Assembly: GCA_030527165.1 (NCBI GenBank)
Contig: JAUNBH010000004.1
Location: 11,241-56,235, forward strand
DNA: 44,995 bases
Direction: 5' to 3'
From: Clostridia bacterium
Lineage (GTDB): Bacteria > Bacillota > Clostridia > Christensenellales > CAG-138
Shown here: positions 1 to 9,553 of the stretch, piece by piece
How positions within the stretch are numbered: the stretch's first letter is position 1
How the letters are laid out: every line of letters begins with the position of its first letter
The notes under the pieces: generated by a model
What the model was told of the DNA's origin: nothing
The model's input: only the letters and a program-made list of their open reading frames with translations
Databases searched by the model: none
Made by a program: the position numbers and the translations under genes

Positions 1-416
1 ACGAGCGTGCTGGTTAACGGCGAGGAAGCCATAGAGTATGTGACGGACGGCGTGCTGCAGCTCGAGATAGTTGAAGCCACGACCATCGAGGCGACGTTTA
101 CGCACGACCCGCTGACGGTTACAGTCAGCCACAACGGCTTCGGCACGACCACGCCTGCCGCGGGCGAGTACGAAGTGGAGTACGGCTCCCTGCTCGAGAT
201 TACATTCACACCGGATGCGGACTGCACCCTTACGAGCGTGCTGGTTAACGGCGAGGAAGCCATAGAGTATGTGACGGACGGCGTGCTGCAGCTCGAGATA
301 GTTGAAGCCACGACCATCGAGGCGACGTTCACGCACGACCCGCTGACGGTCACAGTCAGCCACAACGGCTTCGGCACGACCACACCCGCCGCGGGCGAGT
401 ACGAAGTGGAGTACGG
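1..416 (+). repeat. Near-identical intragenic direct repeat, period 231 bp (1-185 vs 232-416)
   Basis: The two copies differ at four synonymous third positions; later units are more diverged. Confidence 0.95.
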
Positions 417-888
417 AACGCCCATGGCGATAACCTTTACTCCAAACGACGGGTGCTCACTCACGAGCGTACTCGTCAATGGTGTTGAGAGTCTGTCCGA
501 TCTAGTCGACGGTGTGTTGAATCTCGACGTGGTGGAGGACGTAGAGGTAGTGGCTGTGTTTGCCCGGGATTCTCATCAGGTCGTCGTAACCCATGGCGGG
601 AACGGGGCCACTGACCCTGCAGCCGGAACGCATACGGTAGCGCATGGCGACGAGTTTGCCCTGCGCCTTATTCCGGATGCCGAGTACATGGTACAGAGCG
701 TAATGGTCAACGGGGTTGAAATGGTTGCGAACGTCACGGACGGCGTGCTTACGCTCAACATTGTTGAGGATACGACGATTGATGTAGTCTTCACCAAGAT
801 ACCCAAGACGGGCGCTATTGCGCTTACATCGTTTGCGCTGATGATGATGCTTGGCGGTGCAGCAGTGGTTATCTTCAGAAAAGACTAA
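1..888 (+). CDS. Cell-wall-anchored surface protein, 5'-truncated; tandem ~77-aa beta-rich repeats (InlB B-repeat-like) plus sortase-type IPKTG anchor
   Basis: Frame is open from base 1. Repeated units 'TVTVSHNGFGTTTPAAGEYEVEYG...ITFTPD...SVLVNG...IEATF'. C-terminus is IPKTG, a hydrophobic stretch, then RKD. Confidence 0.8.
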   Translation, partial: TSVLVNGEEAIEYVTDGVLQLEIVEATTIEATFTHDPLTVTVSHNGFGTTTPAAGEYEVEYGSLLEITFTPDADCTLTSVLVNGEEAIEYVTDGVLQLEIVEATTIEATFTHDPLTVTVSHNGFGTTTPAAGEYEVEYGTPMAITFTPNDGCSLTSVLVNGVESLSDLVDGVLNLDVVEDVEVVAVFARDSHQVVVTHGGNGATDPAAGTHTVAHGDEFALRLIPDAEYMVQSVMVNGVEMVANVTDGVLTLNIVEDTTIDVVFTKIPKTGAIALTSFALMMMLGGAAVVIFRKD

Positions 889-908
889 GTAAAACACCTA
901 ACCCAGCC

Positions 909-938
909 GCGCCCCGCCCTAATAGGCGGGGCGCATTT
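909..938 (+). terminator. Probable intrinsic terminator
   Basis: GCGCCCCGCC-ctaata-GGCGGGGCGC stem followed by attt, just after the stop codon. Confidence 0.7.
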
Positions 939-950
939 CACGCGTGAGGC

Positions 951-979
951 TTTCCAGCCGCGCGAATATAGTGTACAAT
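951..979 (+). promoter_or_regulatory. Putative sigma-A promoter
   Basis: TTTCCA-17-TACAAT; GGAGGA RBS before GTG 1005. Confidence 0.45.
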
Positions 980-1004
980 AACGAAAAAAGCTGGAGGATT
1001 TCGT

Positions 1005-2009
1005 GTGGAGCGAATAGTGCTTGGCAAGACCGGTCTAAGTGTATCACGCATGGGCTTCGGTGGCATACCGATACAGCGCGTCGACGCAGAGGCTGTATGT
1101 GCGCTCTTTGATGTGCTGGTACGCCGTGGGATAAACTATATCGACACTGCGCGCGGGTACACAGTCAGCGAGGAATACATCGGCGCCGCTATTGAGGGCA
1201 GAAGAGATGCGTTCATTCTCGCCACAAAGAGCATGGCGCGAACGCGTTGCGCCATGGCGCAGGATATAGAGACGAGCTTGAGGAATCTGAGGACGGATTA
1301 CATTGACATATATCAGGTGCACAATCCGAGCTTGGAACAGCTTGAAGAGGTATGCGGCGAGGGCGGAGCGCTCGAGGCGCTGCTGGAGGCAAGGGCGCGC
1401 GGTGCGATAGGTCATCTGGGCGTCACTGCGCACGGTCTGGACGTATTCGAGCGCGCGCTGGGACTCGACTGGGTCGAGACGATAATGTTCCCCTACAACA
1501 TCGTAGAGGGCCAGGCGGAGGAGCTCATACAGCGCTGTAAGCAGCAGAACATAGCCTTCATCGCGATGAAGCCGCTCGCAGGCGGCGCGATAGAGGACGC
1601 TTCGCTGGCTCTGCGCTACATACTGTCAAATCCGGATGTGACTGTGGTCATCCCGGGCATGGCGGATGTGAAAGAACTGGAGGATAATGCCGGCGCGTGC
1701 GAGGTGTCTGCGTTGACAGAGGCCGACGAGCGCGCGATTGAGGAAGTCCGCCGCCGCTTGACTGGCAATTTCTGCAGGCGCTGCGGCTATTGCGCACCGT
1801 GTACCGTAGGCATTAACATACCCGGGGTGTTCCTGTTTGCAGGGTATCTTGAGCGCTATGGTTTATCCGATTGGGCGCGGGACAGGTATGCCGCGCTCCC
1901 GGTAAAGGCGGGGGAATGCATAAAATGCGGCGCGTGTGAAGCGCGCTGTCCATACGGGCTGCCCATAAGCGAGCTGCTCGCTCGCTGTGCGGACGAGTTC
2001 GGCGAATAG
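1005..2009 (+). CDS. Aldo/keto reductase with C-terminal 4Fe-4S dicluster
   Basis: LGKTGLSVSRMGFGGIP, GINYIDTARGY, ATK, QVHN, AMKPLAGG; C-terminal CRRCGYCAPC and CIKCGACEARCP. Confidence 0.92.
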   Translation: MERIVLGKTGLSVSRMGFGGIPIQRVDAEAVCALFDVLVRRGINYIDTARGYTVSEEYIGAAIEGRRDAFILATKSMARTRCAMAQDIETSLRNLRTDYIDIYQVHNPSLEQLEEVCGEGGALEALLEARARGAIGHLGVTAHGLDVFERALGLDWVETIMFPYNIVEGQAEELIQRCKQQNIAFIAMKPLAGGAIEDASLALRYILSNPDVTVVIPGMADVKELEDNAGACEVSALTEADERAIEEVRRRLTGNFCRRCGYCAPCTVGINIPGVFLFAGYLERYGLSDWARDRYAALPVKAGECIKCGACEARCPYGLPISELLARCADEFGE

Positions 2010-2055
2010 CGCGGTTGGGCGTGAGCTAATGAGGTTTGCATGACCTGCAGCTTCC

Positions 2056-2084
2056 TTGACAACATGTGGGGCGAATGCTATAAT
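2056..2084 (+). promoter_or_regulatory. Consensus sigma-A promoter of the glycopolymer operon
   Basis: TTGACA-17-TATAAT with an extended TG (tgcTATAAT). Confidence 0.85.
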
Positions 2085-2197
2085 CGCGCGTAATAGCTTT
2101 GCTTTTGCGGGGTTGGCCGAGGTCGTGTGCGCGCAGAGCTGAATCCGAATGGAGGTTTAGCGCGTCGCGATTGGGCGCATGTGCTCTGGTATCTGAC

Positions 2198-3409
2198 ATG
2201 AACGAAAGTATGTTAAAGAAGCTGTCCAAAGTCAGGCTCGCGGATATCGGGCATGTTTTCATGTTTTTGGCCGCAATAATACCCGCCTTGATAATGAAGC
2301 GCTCCCGCCGCGCCCTGTGGCTGATATGCGAGTACGGGTGCGAAGCACGGGATAACGGGTACAGCTTCTACAAGTATCTCAGAAGTGCGCATCCGGAGGT
2401 GGATGCCGTATACGCCATAGACAAGCGGTCGAATGAGCGTGGCCGTGTAGAGAGTTTGGGTGAAGTGATCAACTACGGGAGTCTCCGGCACTGGGTATAT
2501 TACCTGGCGGCACAGGTGAACATAAGCTCGCAGAAGGGCGGAAAGCCCAATGCCGCCGTGTGTTACCTTCTGGAGGTAGTGCTGGGCATACTCAAGAACA
2601 AGCGTGTATTCCTTCAGCACGGCGTCACCAAGGACGACCTGCCGTTTTTACACTATAACGCGGCGAAGCTCAGCATGTTTTGCTGCGCTGCGCTGCCGGA
2701 GTACGAGTTTGTGAAGCGCGTGTTTGAATATCCGGAGGGTGTAGTGCGCTACACCGGATTCTGCCGTTTCGACGACCTGCACTCCCTGCGCGCTGATAAT
2801 AAGCTGCTCATCATCATGCCTACATGGCGCGCCTGGTTATACGATGTGCGAACGGACGCCGAATCCTTTGCGGAGTCGGAATACTTCAAGCGCTGGAGCG
2901 AGCTGCTCATGCACGCCAGATTTGCGGAACTGCTTAGAAGGCATGAACTGCGGGCGGTGTTCTGTCCGCACAGGAACATAGGCGCGCTCGGCAGACAATT
3001 TACGACCGCGAGCGAGCGAGTGGAGCTTTTAACGTGGGATGAGGCGGACGTGTCGGGCTTGCTGCACGGCGCAGGAGTGCTCATAACGGATTTCTCGAGT
3101 GTGGCAATGGATTTTGCATACATGAAACGCCCTCTGATATACTATCAGTTCGACAGGGATCGCTTTAGAGAGGAGCATTTGCCGGAGGGGTATTTCGACT
3201 ACGACAGGGACGGTTTTGGGCAGGTATGCACGCGCGCCGACGACGTTGTAGAGGCGCTTGAGCGCGTGCTGAGCGGCGCTGACGAGCGGCAAGCGTATTT
3301 GGACAGGGTGGACTCATTCTACACGCTGTGGGACGATAGAAACTGCGAAAGGACTTTTGAAGCCATAGCGGACATGCTAAACGGCGGAAAGAGCGTTGGC
3401 GTAATATGA
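2198..3409 (+). CDS. CDP-glycerol/polyol-phosphate glycerophosphotransferase family protein (TagF/TagB-like)
   Basis: ARDNGYSFYKYL, FLQHGVTK, GFCRFDDL, IIMPTWR, LITDFSSVAMDFAYMKRPLIYYQFD. Start uncertain (ATG 2198 or 2210). Confidence 0.88.
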   Translation: MNESMLKKLSKVRLADIGHVFMFLAAIIPALIMKRSRRALWLICEYGCEARDNGYSFYKYLRSAHPEVDAVYAIDKRSNERGRVESLGEVINYGSLRHWVYYLAAQVNISSQKGGKPNAAVCYLLEVVLGILKNKRVFLQHGVTKDDLPFLHYNAAKLSMFCCAALPEYEFVKRVFEYPEGVVRYTGFCRFDDLHSLRADNKLLIIMPTWRAWLYDVRTDAESFAESEYFKRWSELLMHARFAELLRRHELRAVFCPHRNIGALGRQFTTASERVELLTWDEADVSGLLHGAGVLITDFSSVAMDFAYMKRPLIYYQFDRDRFREEHLPEGYFDYDRDGFGQVCTRADDVVEALERVLSGADERQAYLDRVDSFYTLWDDRNCERTFEAIADMLNGGKSVGVI

Positions 3410-4197
3410 AGCTGAGCTTATCGGGTACTGTGAACCACTTCACGAAATACAGGGACTTCTTCGTGCTCCTGGTCGAGCGGGACATCAAACTCAAGTACAG
3501 GCGGAGCTTTTTAGGGTATCTGTGGAGCATACTAAGCCCGTTGCTCTCGATGGTGGTGCTGACCGTTGTGTTCTCCACCATGTTCCACAGGAGCATTGAG
3601 AATTTCCCGGTATACCTGCTCATAGGCAATATAATGTTCTCGTTTATGCGCGAGTCGAGCACGCTCGCCATGTATTCAATACTCAACAATGCCGCGCTGC
3701 TCAAGAAGGTACGCGTGCCCAAGTACATATTCACGCTGTCCACAGTGACGAGCTCATTTGTGACGTTCGTGTTCTCGCTCGGCGCGCTCATAATCGTAAT
3801 GCTGGCGACGAGCACGCAGTTCTCGCTGTATCTGCTTTTGATATTCATTCCCATAGTGGAGCTGTATGTATTCAGCGTGGGGCTGGGGCTTCTCGTCGCC
3901 CAGGCGACGGTGTTTTTCAGGGATGTAAAGAACATATGGGGCGTAGTAACGCTGGCGTGGATGTACTTGACGCCCATTTTCTACCCCCTGGAGGCGGTGC
4001 CGGATTTCCTGCAAAAGTGGATCCCAATACTCAACCCGATGTACAGCTTTATAACGCAGGCTCGGACGCTGGTGCTCGACCGCATGATGCCCGAGCCCAT
4101 GCTGATACTCCAGGGTGCGCTAATGGCGCTCGTGATGCTGCTGCTGGGAAGCGCGCTGTTCAAGCACAACAGCAAGAGCTTCATACTCTACATTTGA
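3406..4197 (+). CDS. wzm: ABC-2 polysaccharide/teichoic acid export permease (Wzm/TagG-like)
   Basis: RDIKLKYRRSFLGYLWSILSP, FFRDV, YLTPIFYP; multiple TM segments; ATGA overlap with the upstream stop region. Confidence 0.9.
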   Translation: MKLSLSGTVNHFTKYRDFFVLLVERDIKLKYRRSFLGYLWSILSPLLSMVVLTVVFSTMFHRSIENFPVYLLIGNIMFSFMRESSTLAMYSILNNAALLKKVRVPKYIFTLSTVTSSFVTFVFSLGALIIVMLATSTQFSLYLLLIFIPIVELYVFSVGLGLLVAQATVFFRDVKNIWGVVTLAWMYLTPIFYPLEAVPDFLQKWIPILNPMYSFITQARTLVLDRMMPEPMLILQGALMALVMLLLGSALFKHNSKSFILYI

Positions 4198-4209
4198 CAG
4201 GAGGACGAT

Positions 4210-4980
4210 GTGAACGCTGAGTACGCGATAGACGTCAGAAACGCTACGGTTCGCTTCAACATGGCGTCCGAAAAGACGGATAATCTCAAGGAGTACTTTG
4301 TGAAGCTGGCGCAGGGCAAGCTGCGTTTTGACGAGTTTCTCGCGCTTCAAGACGTTACGCTGCAGGTCAAAAAGGGCGAAGCGTGGGGGATAATAGGCGA
4401 CAACGGCGCGGGCAAGAGCACGCTGCTCAAGCTCGTCTGCGGTGTGGTCTCCCCCTACCGCGGCACGGCGTCGCTAAACGGCACGGTGGCGCCCATGATC
4501 GAGCTGTCGGCGGGCATGGATCCCAATCTCACCGCGCGTGAGAACATATATCTCAACGGCACAATACTCGGCTATCGGAAGAAGTTTATCGAGAGCAAGT
4601 TCGACGACATTGTCACCTTTGCGGAGATAGAGCGTTTTCTTGATATACCCATAAAGAACTACTCCTCCGGAATGCGCGCGCGTCTTGGGTTCGCCGTGGC
4701 TACAATAGTCCAGCCGGAGGTGCTGATAGTTGATGAGATACTGGCTGTGGGCGACGTCGCCTTTCAGCGCAAATGCAAGGATAGGATGCGTGAGATGCTG
4801 TCGGGCGGGACGACGCTGCTGCTCGTATCCCACTCGCTCAGGGATGTGACAAACCTGTGCGCTAAGGCGCTGTGGTTGGAGAATGGCAGAACGCGAATGA
4901 CGGGGGAGGCGTACGAGGTGGTCAACCGGTATCTGGCTACAAAGGGCGCAGCGCCTCTCGAACGCCCCGGTCGCGCTTAG
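4210..4980 (+). CDS. wzt: ABC polysaccharide export ATP-binding protein (Wzt/TagH-like, no C-terminal carbohydrate-binding domain)
   Basis: GDNGAGKST, YSSGMRARLGFA, LIVDEILAVGD, VSH; 256 aa. Confidence 0.92.
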   Translation: MNAEYAIDVRNATVRFNMASEKTDNLKEYFVKLAQGKLRFDEFLALQDVTLQVKKGEAWGIIGDNGAGKSTLLKLVCGVVSPYRGTASLNGTVAPMIELSAGMDPNLTARENIYLNGTILGYRKKFIESKFDDIVTFAEIERFLDIPIKNYSSGMRARLGFAVATIVQPEVLIVDEILAVGDVAFQRKCKDRMREMLSGGTTLLLVSHSLRDVTNLCAKALWLENGRTRMTGEAYEVVNRYLATKGAAPLERPGRA

Positions 4981-4992
4981 AGGAGTTGTGTT

Positions 4993-5976
4993 ATGAACGG
5001 TGCGCCGCTCGTGAGCGTTTGCGTCATAGTGTACAATCAAGCGCAATATGTGAGGCAGGCGCTTGACTCGGTATTCGCGCAGCAGACGAGCTTCGAGTAC
5101 GAGGTAGTAGTAGGCGATGACTGTTCAACCGATGCGACGGGGAGCATTGTGGCCGAGTACGCCGAGCGATACGGCTCGCTGCGGCTGATAACATCCGGCG
5201 CAAATACAGAGTGCAAGGGCATAATTGAAGCTGTGCGCGCTGCGGCGCGGGGAGAGTATCTGGCGTGGCTCGAGGGCGATGATTTCTGGCTGGACTCGCG
5301 CAAGCTCGAAAAACAAGCGGAGTTTCTGCGTGCCCACCCTGAATACATTGGCTGCACGGGCGAGGTATGCTTTGTGGACGAGGCGGGAGCGCCCACTGTG
5401 GGGTTTAGCTTTAAGCGCTACTCAAAGCGCAGGCGCTTCACGCTTGAGGATGCGGCGGACGGCTACCTTCCCGGTCAAACTTCATCGCTCATGTACCGCA
5501 ACGTATTCCGGGAGCTTGATGACAATACGACCGCAGCCTTCCGCGAATGCGACAGCATAGGTGATATGAAGATAGCGCAGTTTTTGACCCTGTTTGGTGA
5601 CATATACCGTCTGCCGGAGAAGCTCAGCGCATACCGTTACCTGACGACGGGCGAGAGCTTCAGTGCACGCACTAAGGGCGTCAACCTGTCCGAAGCGTAT
5701 TTGCACTGGGCGCTTGAACGCAAACGCATGGCTGAAACAGTATTGGGCAGGAATGTGAGCTTCTATAAGACGCTTAGAGACATATGCTACCACGCCTGGG
5801 TCGAATACCTCCAACACCCCAACAGCGATAATTTGCGCGTGCTCAGGCGCGTACGAAAGCGCGTCGGGAGGCCGCTCGCGACGGGGGCATACATTGCGTG
5901 GCGAACGCTCGGGTACCCGTTCAGGCGGGTTGCCGGGGCGTTCGGGCGAACTACTGTACGAGAGGAGAACGCATGA
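4993..5976 (+). CDS. Glycosyltransferase family 2
   Basis: VSVCVIVYNQ, EVVVGDDCSTD, ARGEYLAWLEGDDFW, KLEKQ. Confidence 0.92.
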   Translation: MNGAPLVSVCVIVYNQAQYVRQALDSVFAQQTSFEYEVVVGDDCSTDATGSIVAEYAERYGSLRLITSGANTECKGIIEAVRAAARGEYLAWLEGDDFWLDSRKLEKQAEFLRAHPEYIGCTGEVCFVDEAGAPTVGFSFKRYSKRRRFTLEDAADGYLPGQTSSLMYRNVFRELDDNTTAAFRECDSIGDMKIAQFLTLFGDIYRLPEKLSAYRYLTTGESFSARTKGVNLSEAYLHWALERKRMAETVLGRNVSFYKTLRDICYHAWVEYLQHPNSDNLRVLRRVRKRVGRPLATGAYIAWRTLGYPFRRVAGAFGRTTVREENA

Positions 5977-7109
5977 GGATACTCCATGTTATGAGCCCGC
6001 TGCAAGGGCAGTCATACGATTTGATAAAGCTACTCCGCGGCGTCGAGTGCGACCATGAGCAGGTTTTCCTGATAAGCGAAACCGAAGAGAAGGCGCTGAC
6101 TTCCTGCACGAGGCTGTTTGAGTTTGACGATTTGATGTACTTACCCGAATACGAAAAGAACGTCTTCAAGCGCTTGGCGGCGGCGAACAGCGTCAGAGAT
6201 GTGCTCAACAGCGCTGACAGGATAGTGTTCCACAGCCTGCAAGCAATCTCCGGGGGCGTCATGATGTGGGTGTGCGTCAACAGGGCGCTGATGAACAAAT
6301 CCGCATGGATAGCCAATGAGGTCGACATGGCCATGCTCGAAGACAGAATGAGCGGTATAAAGCGGCTGCTGTGTGCCGGCAAGTTGAGACTGTTAAAGCG
6401 CGGCTTCAAATTGGTGGGAGTGTGGTATCCGTGGCTCATAAGGCGCGCCGAGGCTCAGTTTGGATGCGATGTCAGGCTTGCGCCATTGCCGCTGGATCCG
6501 GAATTGGCTAAAGCGGCGAAACGACACGAGCGCAACGCGGATACAGCCGCATGCAGAGTTCTGGCGGAGGCGCAAGGCATAACTGATTCACGGGCGATGC
6601 ACGCATTTTTCAGCGATATAGAGCGCTCCCTCGGCGGCTGCGGCAAGGTGCTGTTTCCGTTCAACTACATGACGCGCTTTCACTACGGGCACAGCGCGTG
6701 GAAGACCCAGCGCACCGCAATACTCGCACTGGCAAAGACATGCCTGTCAGGCGGCGCGTGCGTAATGAACGGCGTCACGCGCCCGGAACTGTTAGTGAGG
6801 CTGTTTGACGCTGTGGGAGTCGTGTGCACACTTAACGCATACCGCAATCAAACCCTGTCCGTGCTCGCCATGTACGGCGGCATTCCCATTGGCATGAGTG
6901 ATGAGGAGGACGTGCGCGAGTACAGGCGTCTGGGTATCAACGCATATCGCTTGGGAGAGCTTGGCAGCTCAATGGGAGCGCCGAGATGCGCTGCGCCCGC
7001 CGTGGTGTCCAAACTGCTTGACGAAGGCGAGCTGCGCCGGGCGTGGAGCGAGTTTCTGCGCGAGCTCACGGAGCTGCAGTCGTGCGATAAGAAGGGGGCG
7101 GCGCGATGA
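5973..7109 (+). CDS. Divergent WecF/GT56-like protein (apparent paralog of the next gene)
   Basis: ATG 5973 has a GAGGAG RBS. Collinear resemblance to 7106-8260 (MRILHV/MKVLHI, ADRIVFHSL/ADRIIVNSL, KSAWI/KTTWI, LFPFNY/IMPLSY). Confidence 0.5.
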   Translation: MRILHVMSPLQGQSYDLIKLLRGVECDHEQVFLISETEEKALTSCTRLFEFDDLMYLPEYEKNVFKRLAAANSVRDVLNSADRIVFHSLQAISGGVMMWVCVNRALMNKSAWIANEVDMAMLEDRMSGIKRLLCAGKLRLLKRGFKLVGVWYPWLIRRAEAQFGCDVRLAPLPLDPELAKAAKRHERNADTAACRVLAEAQGITDSRAMHAFFSDIERSLGGCGKVLFPFNYMTRFHYGHSAWKTQRTAILALAKTCLSGGACVMNGVTRPELLVRLFDAVGVVCTLNAYRNQTLSVLAMYGGIPIGMSDEEDVREYRRLGINAYRLGELGSSMGAPRCAAPAVVSKLLDEGELRRAWSEFLRELTELQSCDKKGAAR

Positions 7110-8260
7110 AGGTCTTGCACATAATACAGCTGAATGAGCGCAACAGCTATAATCTGTTCAAACAATGGCGCGAGTTGTACGATTTATCCGACCATACGTT
7201 CTTAGTCGTAAACAACAGGGCTGGAATAGCCAACTTTCCCAAGTTTGCCGAGTTTGAGGAATTCCTGTATTTGGACGACCTGGCGACTAACAAGCTGAAG
7301 CTGCTGCTCGAGTTGCGGCGCATGTTCGCGGAAGCGGACAGGATAATAGTCAATTCGCTGTTGTTTGTCAACCGCAGAGTGTTGGCGGCTATGTTCTACC
7401 TGCTCAAACCGCATCTCAAGAAGACGACGTGGATAGAATGGGGCGCAGACCTCTACAACTGGTACGATGACCGGCACAGGCTGTTGTCCGGCTATTTCAA
7501 CAGAATCAACCGCTACATAAGGGAGAATGTGGAGAGCATAGGTCTCACATTTGAGTATGACGTTCACTTTCTGCGGGAAACCATACATACGAGCGCGCCG
7601 ACGTTTTTTACGCCGCTGCCGTTTGGGACGGACAGGCGCGAATTGCTCGAGTCAACGCGTCCGCGCCGCGCGCGCAGCGACGGCGTCGTGTGGATACAGG
7701 TGGCGCACAATGCGCTCATGGTGAATAAGCATGTCGCGCTGATAAACAAACTGGAGCGCTTTTCGGATGAGAATGCGAGATTCATAATGCCGCTCAGCTA
7801 CGGTCAATTTGGTCTAAACGGCATGTACGGCGGGTGGACGTACAGCAATGCGGTAAAGACATATGCGAGCAGGATATTCGGCTCCAAAGCGACATTTCTG
7901 ACCAAGAGCGTGGAGCTGGAGCATTACCTGCGCTATATGTGGAATGTCGACATAGCTGTATTCCACACTCAGCGTCCCATAGCGCTGGCGAGCATATACT
8001 ACATGACCTACATGGGAAAGAAGATATTCGTACCGTCAAATACGCCGCAGTATGCGATGTTCCTGGAGCTCGGCATACCCGTGTTTGACACGTTGGAGAT
8101 ACCGAACATGACGTTCGAGGAGTTCACCGCGCCCGTTAAAGCGGGGCGTTGCGAGTACATTGTTGACAAGTTTGAGCCCTATCGCGAGGTGCGCAGATGG
8201 GAAGAGCTGTTTGAGCACATAGGTGCTCCGCTCAGACGAAAAGAGGCGTGCAATGATTGA
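7106..8260 (+). CDS. TDP-4-amino-6-deoxyhexose transferase, WecF/GT56-like
   Basis: WIEWGADLY, IQVAHNA, MPLSYG and YLRYMWNVDIAVFHTQRPIALASI resemble the WecF (Glyco_transf_56) motif order. Confidence 0.72.
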   Translation: MKVLHIIQLNERNSYNLFKQWRELYDLSDHTFLVVNNRAGIANFPKFAEFEEFLYLDDLATNKLKLLLELRRMFAEADRIIVNSLLFVNRRVLAAMFYLLKPHLKKTTWIEWGADLYNWYDDRHRLLSGYFNRINRYIRENVESIGLTFEYDVHFLRETIHTSAPTFFTPLPFGTDRRELLESTRPRRARSDGVVWIQVAHNALMVNKHVALINKLERFSDENARFIMPLSYGQFGLNGMYGGWTYSNAVKTYASRIFGSKATFLTKSVELEHYLRYMWNVDIAVFHTQRPIALASIYYMTYMGKKIFVPSNTPQYAMFLELGIPVFDTLEIPNMTFEEFTAPVKAGRCEYIVDKFEPYREVRRWEELFEHIGAPLRRKEACND

Positions 8261-9548
8261 TTTGCGCGGGAAGAGGCTTTTGGTGCTGGGCGGCACCGCA
8301 TTTTCTTGCGAGATAGTCCGCGCGGCGCATCTCATGGGAGTCCATGTAATGGTGACGGACTACAACGCCGATTCCCCAGCCAAGCGCATGGCAGACGAGT
8401 CTTTTATGGTTAACGCAGCCGACGTGGACGCGCTCGAGGAGCTCTGCCGAAAGCAGCGCATAGACGGGGTGCTGACGGGCTTTGCAGATTCTCTCCTGCT
8501 TTCCGCCGCGGAGCTCTGTGAGCGACTCGGACTGCCGTTCTATGCGACGAGAGAGCAGCTCAAAATAACTCTCGACAAAACCGCCTTCAAGCGCGAGTGC
8601 CGCAGGTACGGCGTACCCGTAGCACGTCAGTACGAGTATTTTGGAGGCGCAGTAGGCGGCGAGTTGGCGGATGCCTTTCCCGTTATTGTGAAGCCGGTTG
8701 ACGGGAGCGGCGGTCGCGGCATAACTATATGCGAGTTTCCCGAGGAGCTTAAGCAGGCGTACGAACACGCGCTGGGATTCTCCAAAAAGGGCGAAGTGCT
8801 AGTCGAGCATTATGTCAAGGGGACCGAGGCGACTGCGTTCTACGCCTTTGAGGACGGCGAGGTCACTTTGCTCGGCGTTGCGGACAGATATGTCAGCAAA
8901 TTGGCGAGCAGCGGTATAATACCTTTACCCGTGGCATACGGCTTCCCATCGGTGGAAACCGCTCGTTTTATTGCCAGCGTGCATCCTAAACTGACGGAAA
9001 TGTTCCGCGGGCTTGGAATGAGAAACGGGATGGTATTCCTGCAGATGATGATTGAAGATGGTGACATCGTGGTGCTGGAACCCGGATACAGGCTTACGGG
9101 CTCGCTCGAATACCACATAACAAAGCGCGACTACGGTTACAGTGCGCTGGAACGCATGATACGGTTTGCGCTCACGGGTACCATGGGTGAACCGCGCGCC
9201 TCTGAGTGCGCCCACGGGGCTTTTACGCGCTATTATGCAAACTTGACATATCTGGCGCGCCCGGGTACCATAGGCGGCATGTGCACAGCGCAGGAGTTGA
9301 GCGCCTTGCCGGGAGTTATAACCGCAGTGCCGGCGTACTGGGAGGGCGACATCATACCTCAGGCGGCGGAAGGCACGCTCATGCAGGTATTCATGCGGGC
9401 GTTCATTCAGGCTGATACCGTGGCTGACCTTAGAGCTGTGGCGCGCCTGGTCACTCGTGCGGTTCACATTGAGGACGCGAGCGGCGAGAGCATGTTGTTG
9501 CCAGCGTTCGATCCGGAGCGATTTATGTTTCCAACGTTTAGGAGGTAG
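8253..9548 (+). CDS. ATP-grasp domain protein (polysaccharide-locus amide ligase type)
   Basis: LLVLGG, DKTAFK, FPVIVKPVDGSGGRGI, VLVEHYV, LEPGYRL; ATG 8253 follows a GAGG RBS. Confidence 0.85.
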   Translation: MIDLRGKRLLVLGGTAFSCEIVRAAHLMGVHVMVTDYNADSPAKRMADESFMVNAADVDALEELCRKQRIDGVLTGFADSLLLSAAELCERLGLPFYATREQLKITLDKTAFKRECRRYGVPVARQYEYFGGAVGGELADAFPVIVKPVDGSGGRGITICEFPEELKQAYEHALGFSKKGEVLVEHYVKGTEATAFYAFEDGEVTLLGVADRYVSKLASSGIIPLPVAYGFPSVETARFIASVHPKLTEMFRGLGMRNGMVFLQMMIEDGDIVVLEPGYRLTGSLEYHITKRDYGYSALERMIRFALTGTMGEPRASECAHGAFTRYYANLTYLARPGTIGGMCTAQELSALPGVITAVPAYWEGDIIPQAAEGTLMQVFMRAFIQADTVADLRAVARLVTRAVHIEDASGESMLLPAFDPERFMFPTFRR

Positions 9549-9553
9549 CGACA

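Noticed and set aside
1-416. Repeat pair as a diversity-generating retroelement TR/VR
   Set aside because: The four differences are synonymous and not adenine-specific, and there is no reverse transcriptase in the window.
2099-2197. N-terminal extensions in the ORF track (also 5898, 8223, 14287, 20261, 23277, 29273, 38027, 38608)
   Set aside because: Downstream starts have better RBS spacing or match family N-termini, and several extensions overlap promoters or upstream genes.
2085-2197. Riboswitch or leader peptide in the glycopolymer operon leader
   Set aside because: No recognisable aptamer or terminator; the ATG-GAG-GTT-TAG mini-ORF at 2149 lacks an RBS.
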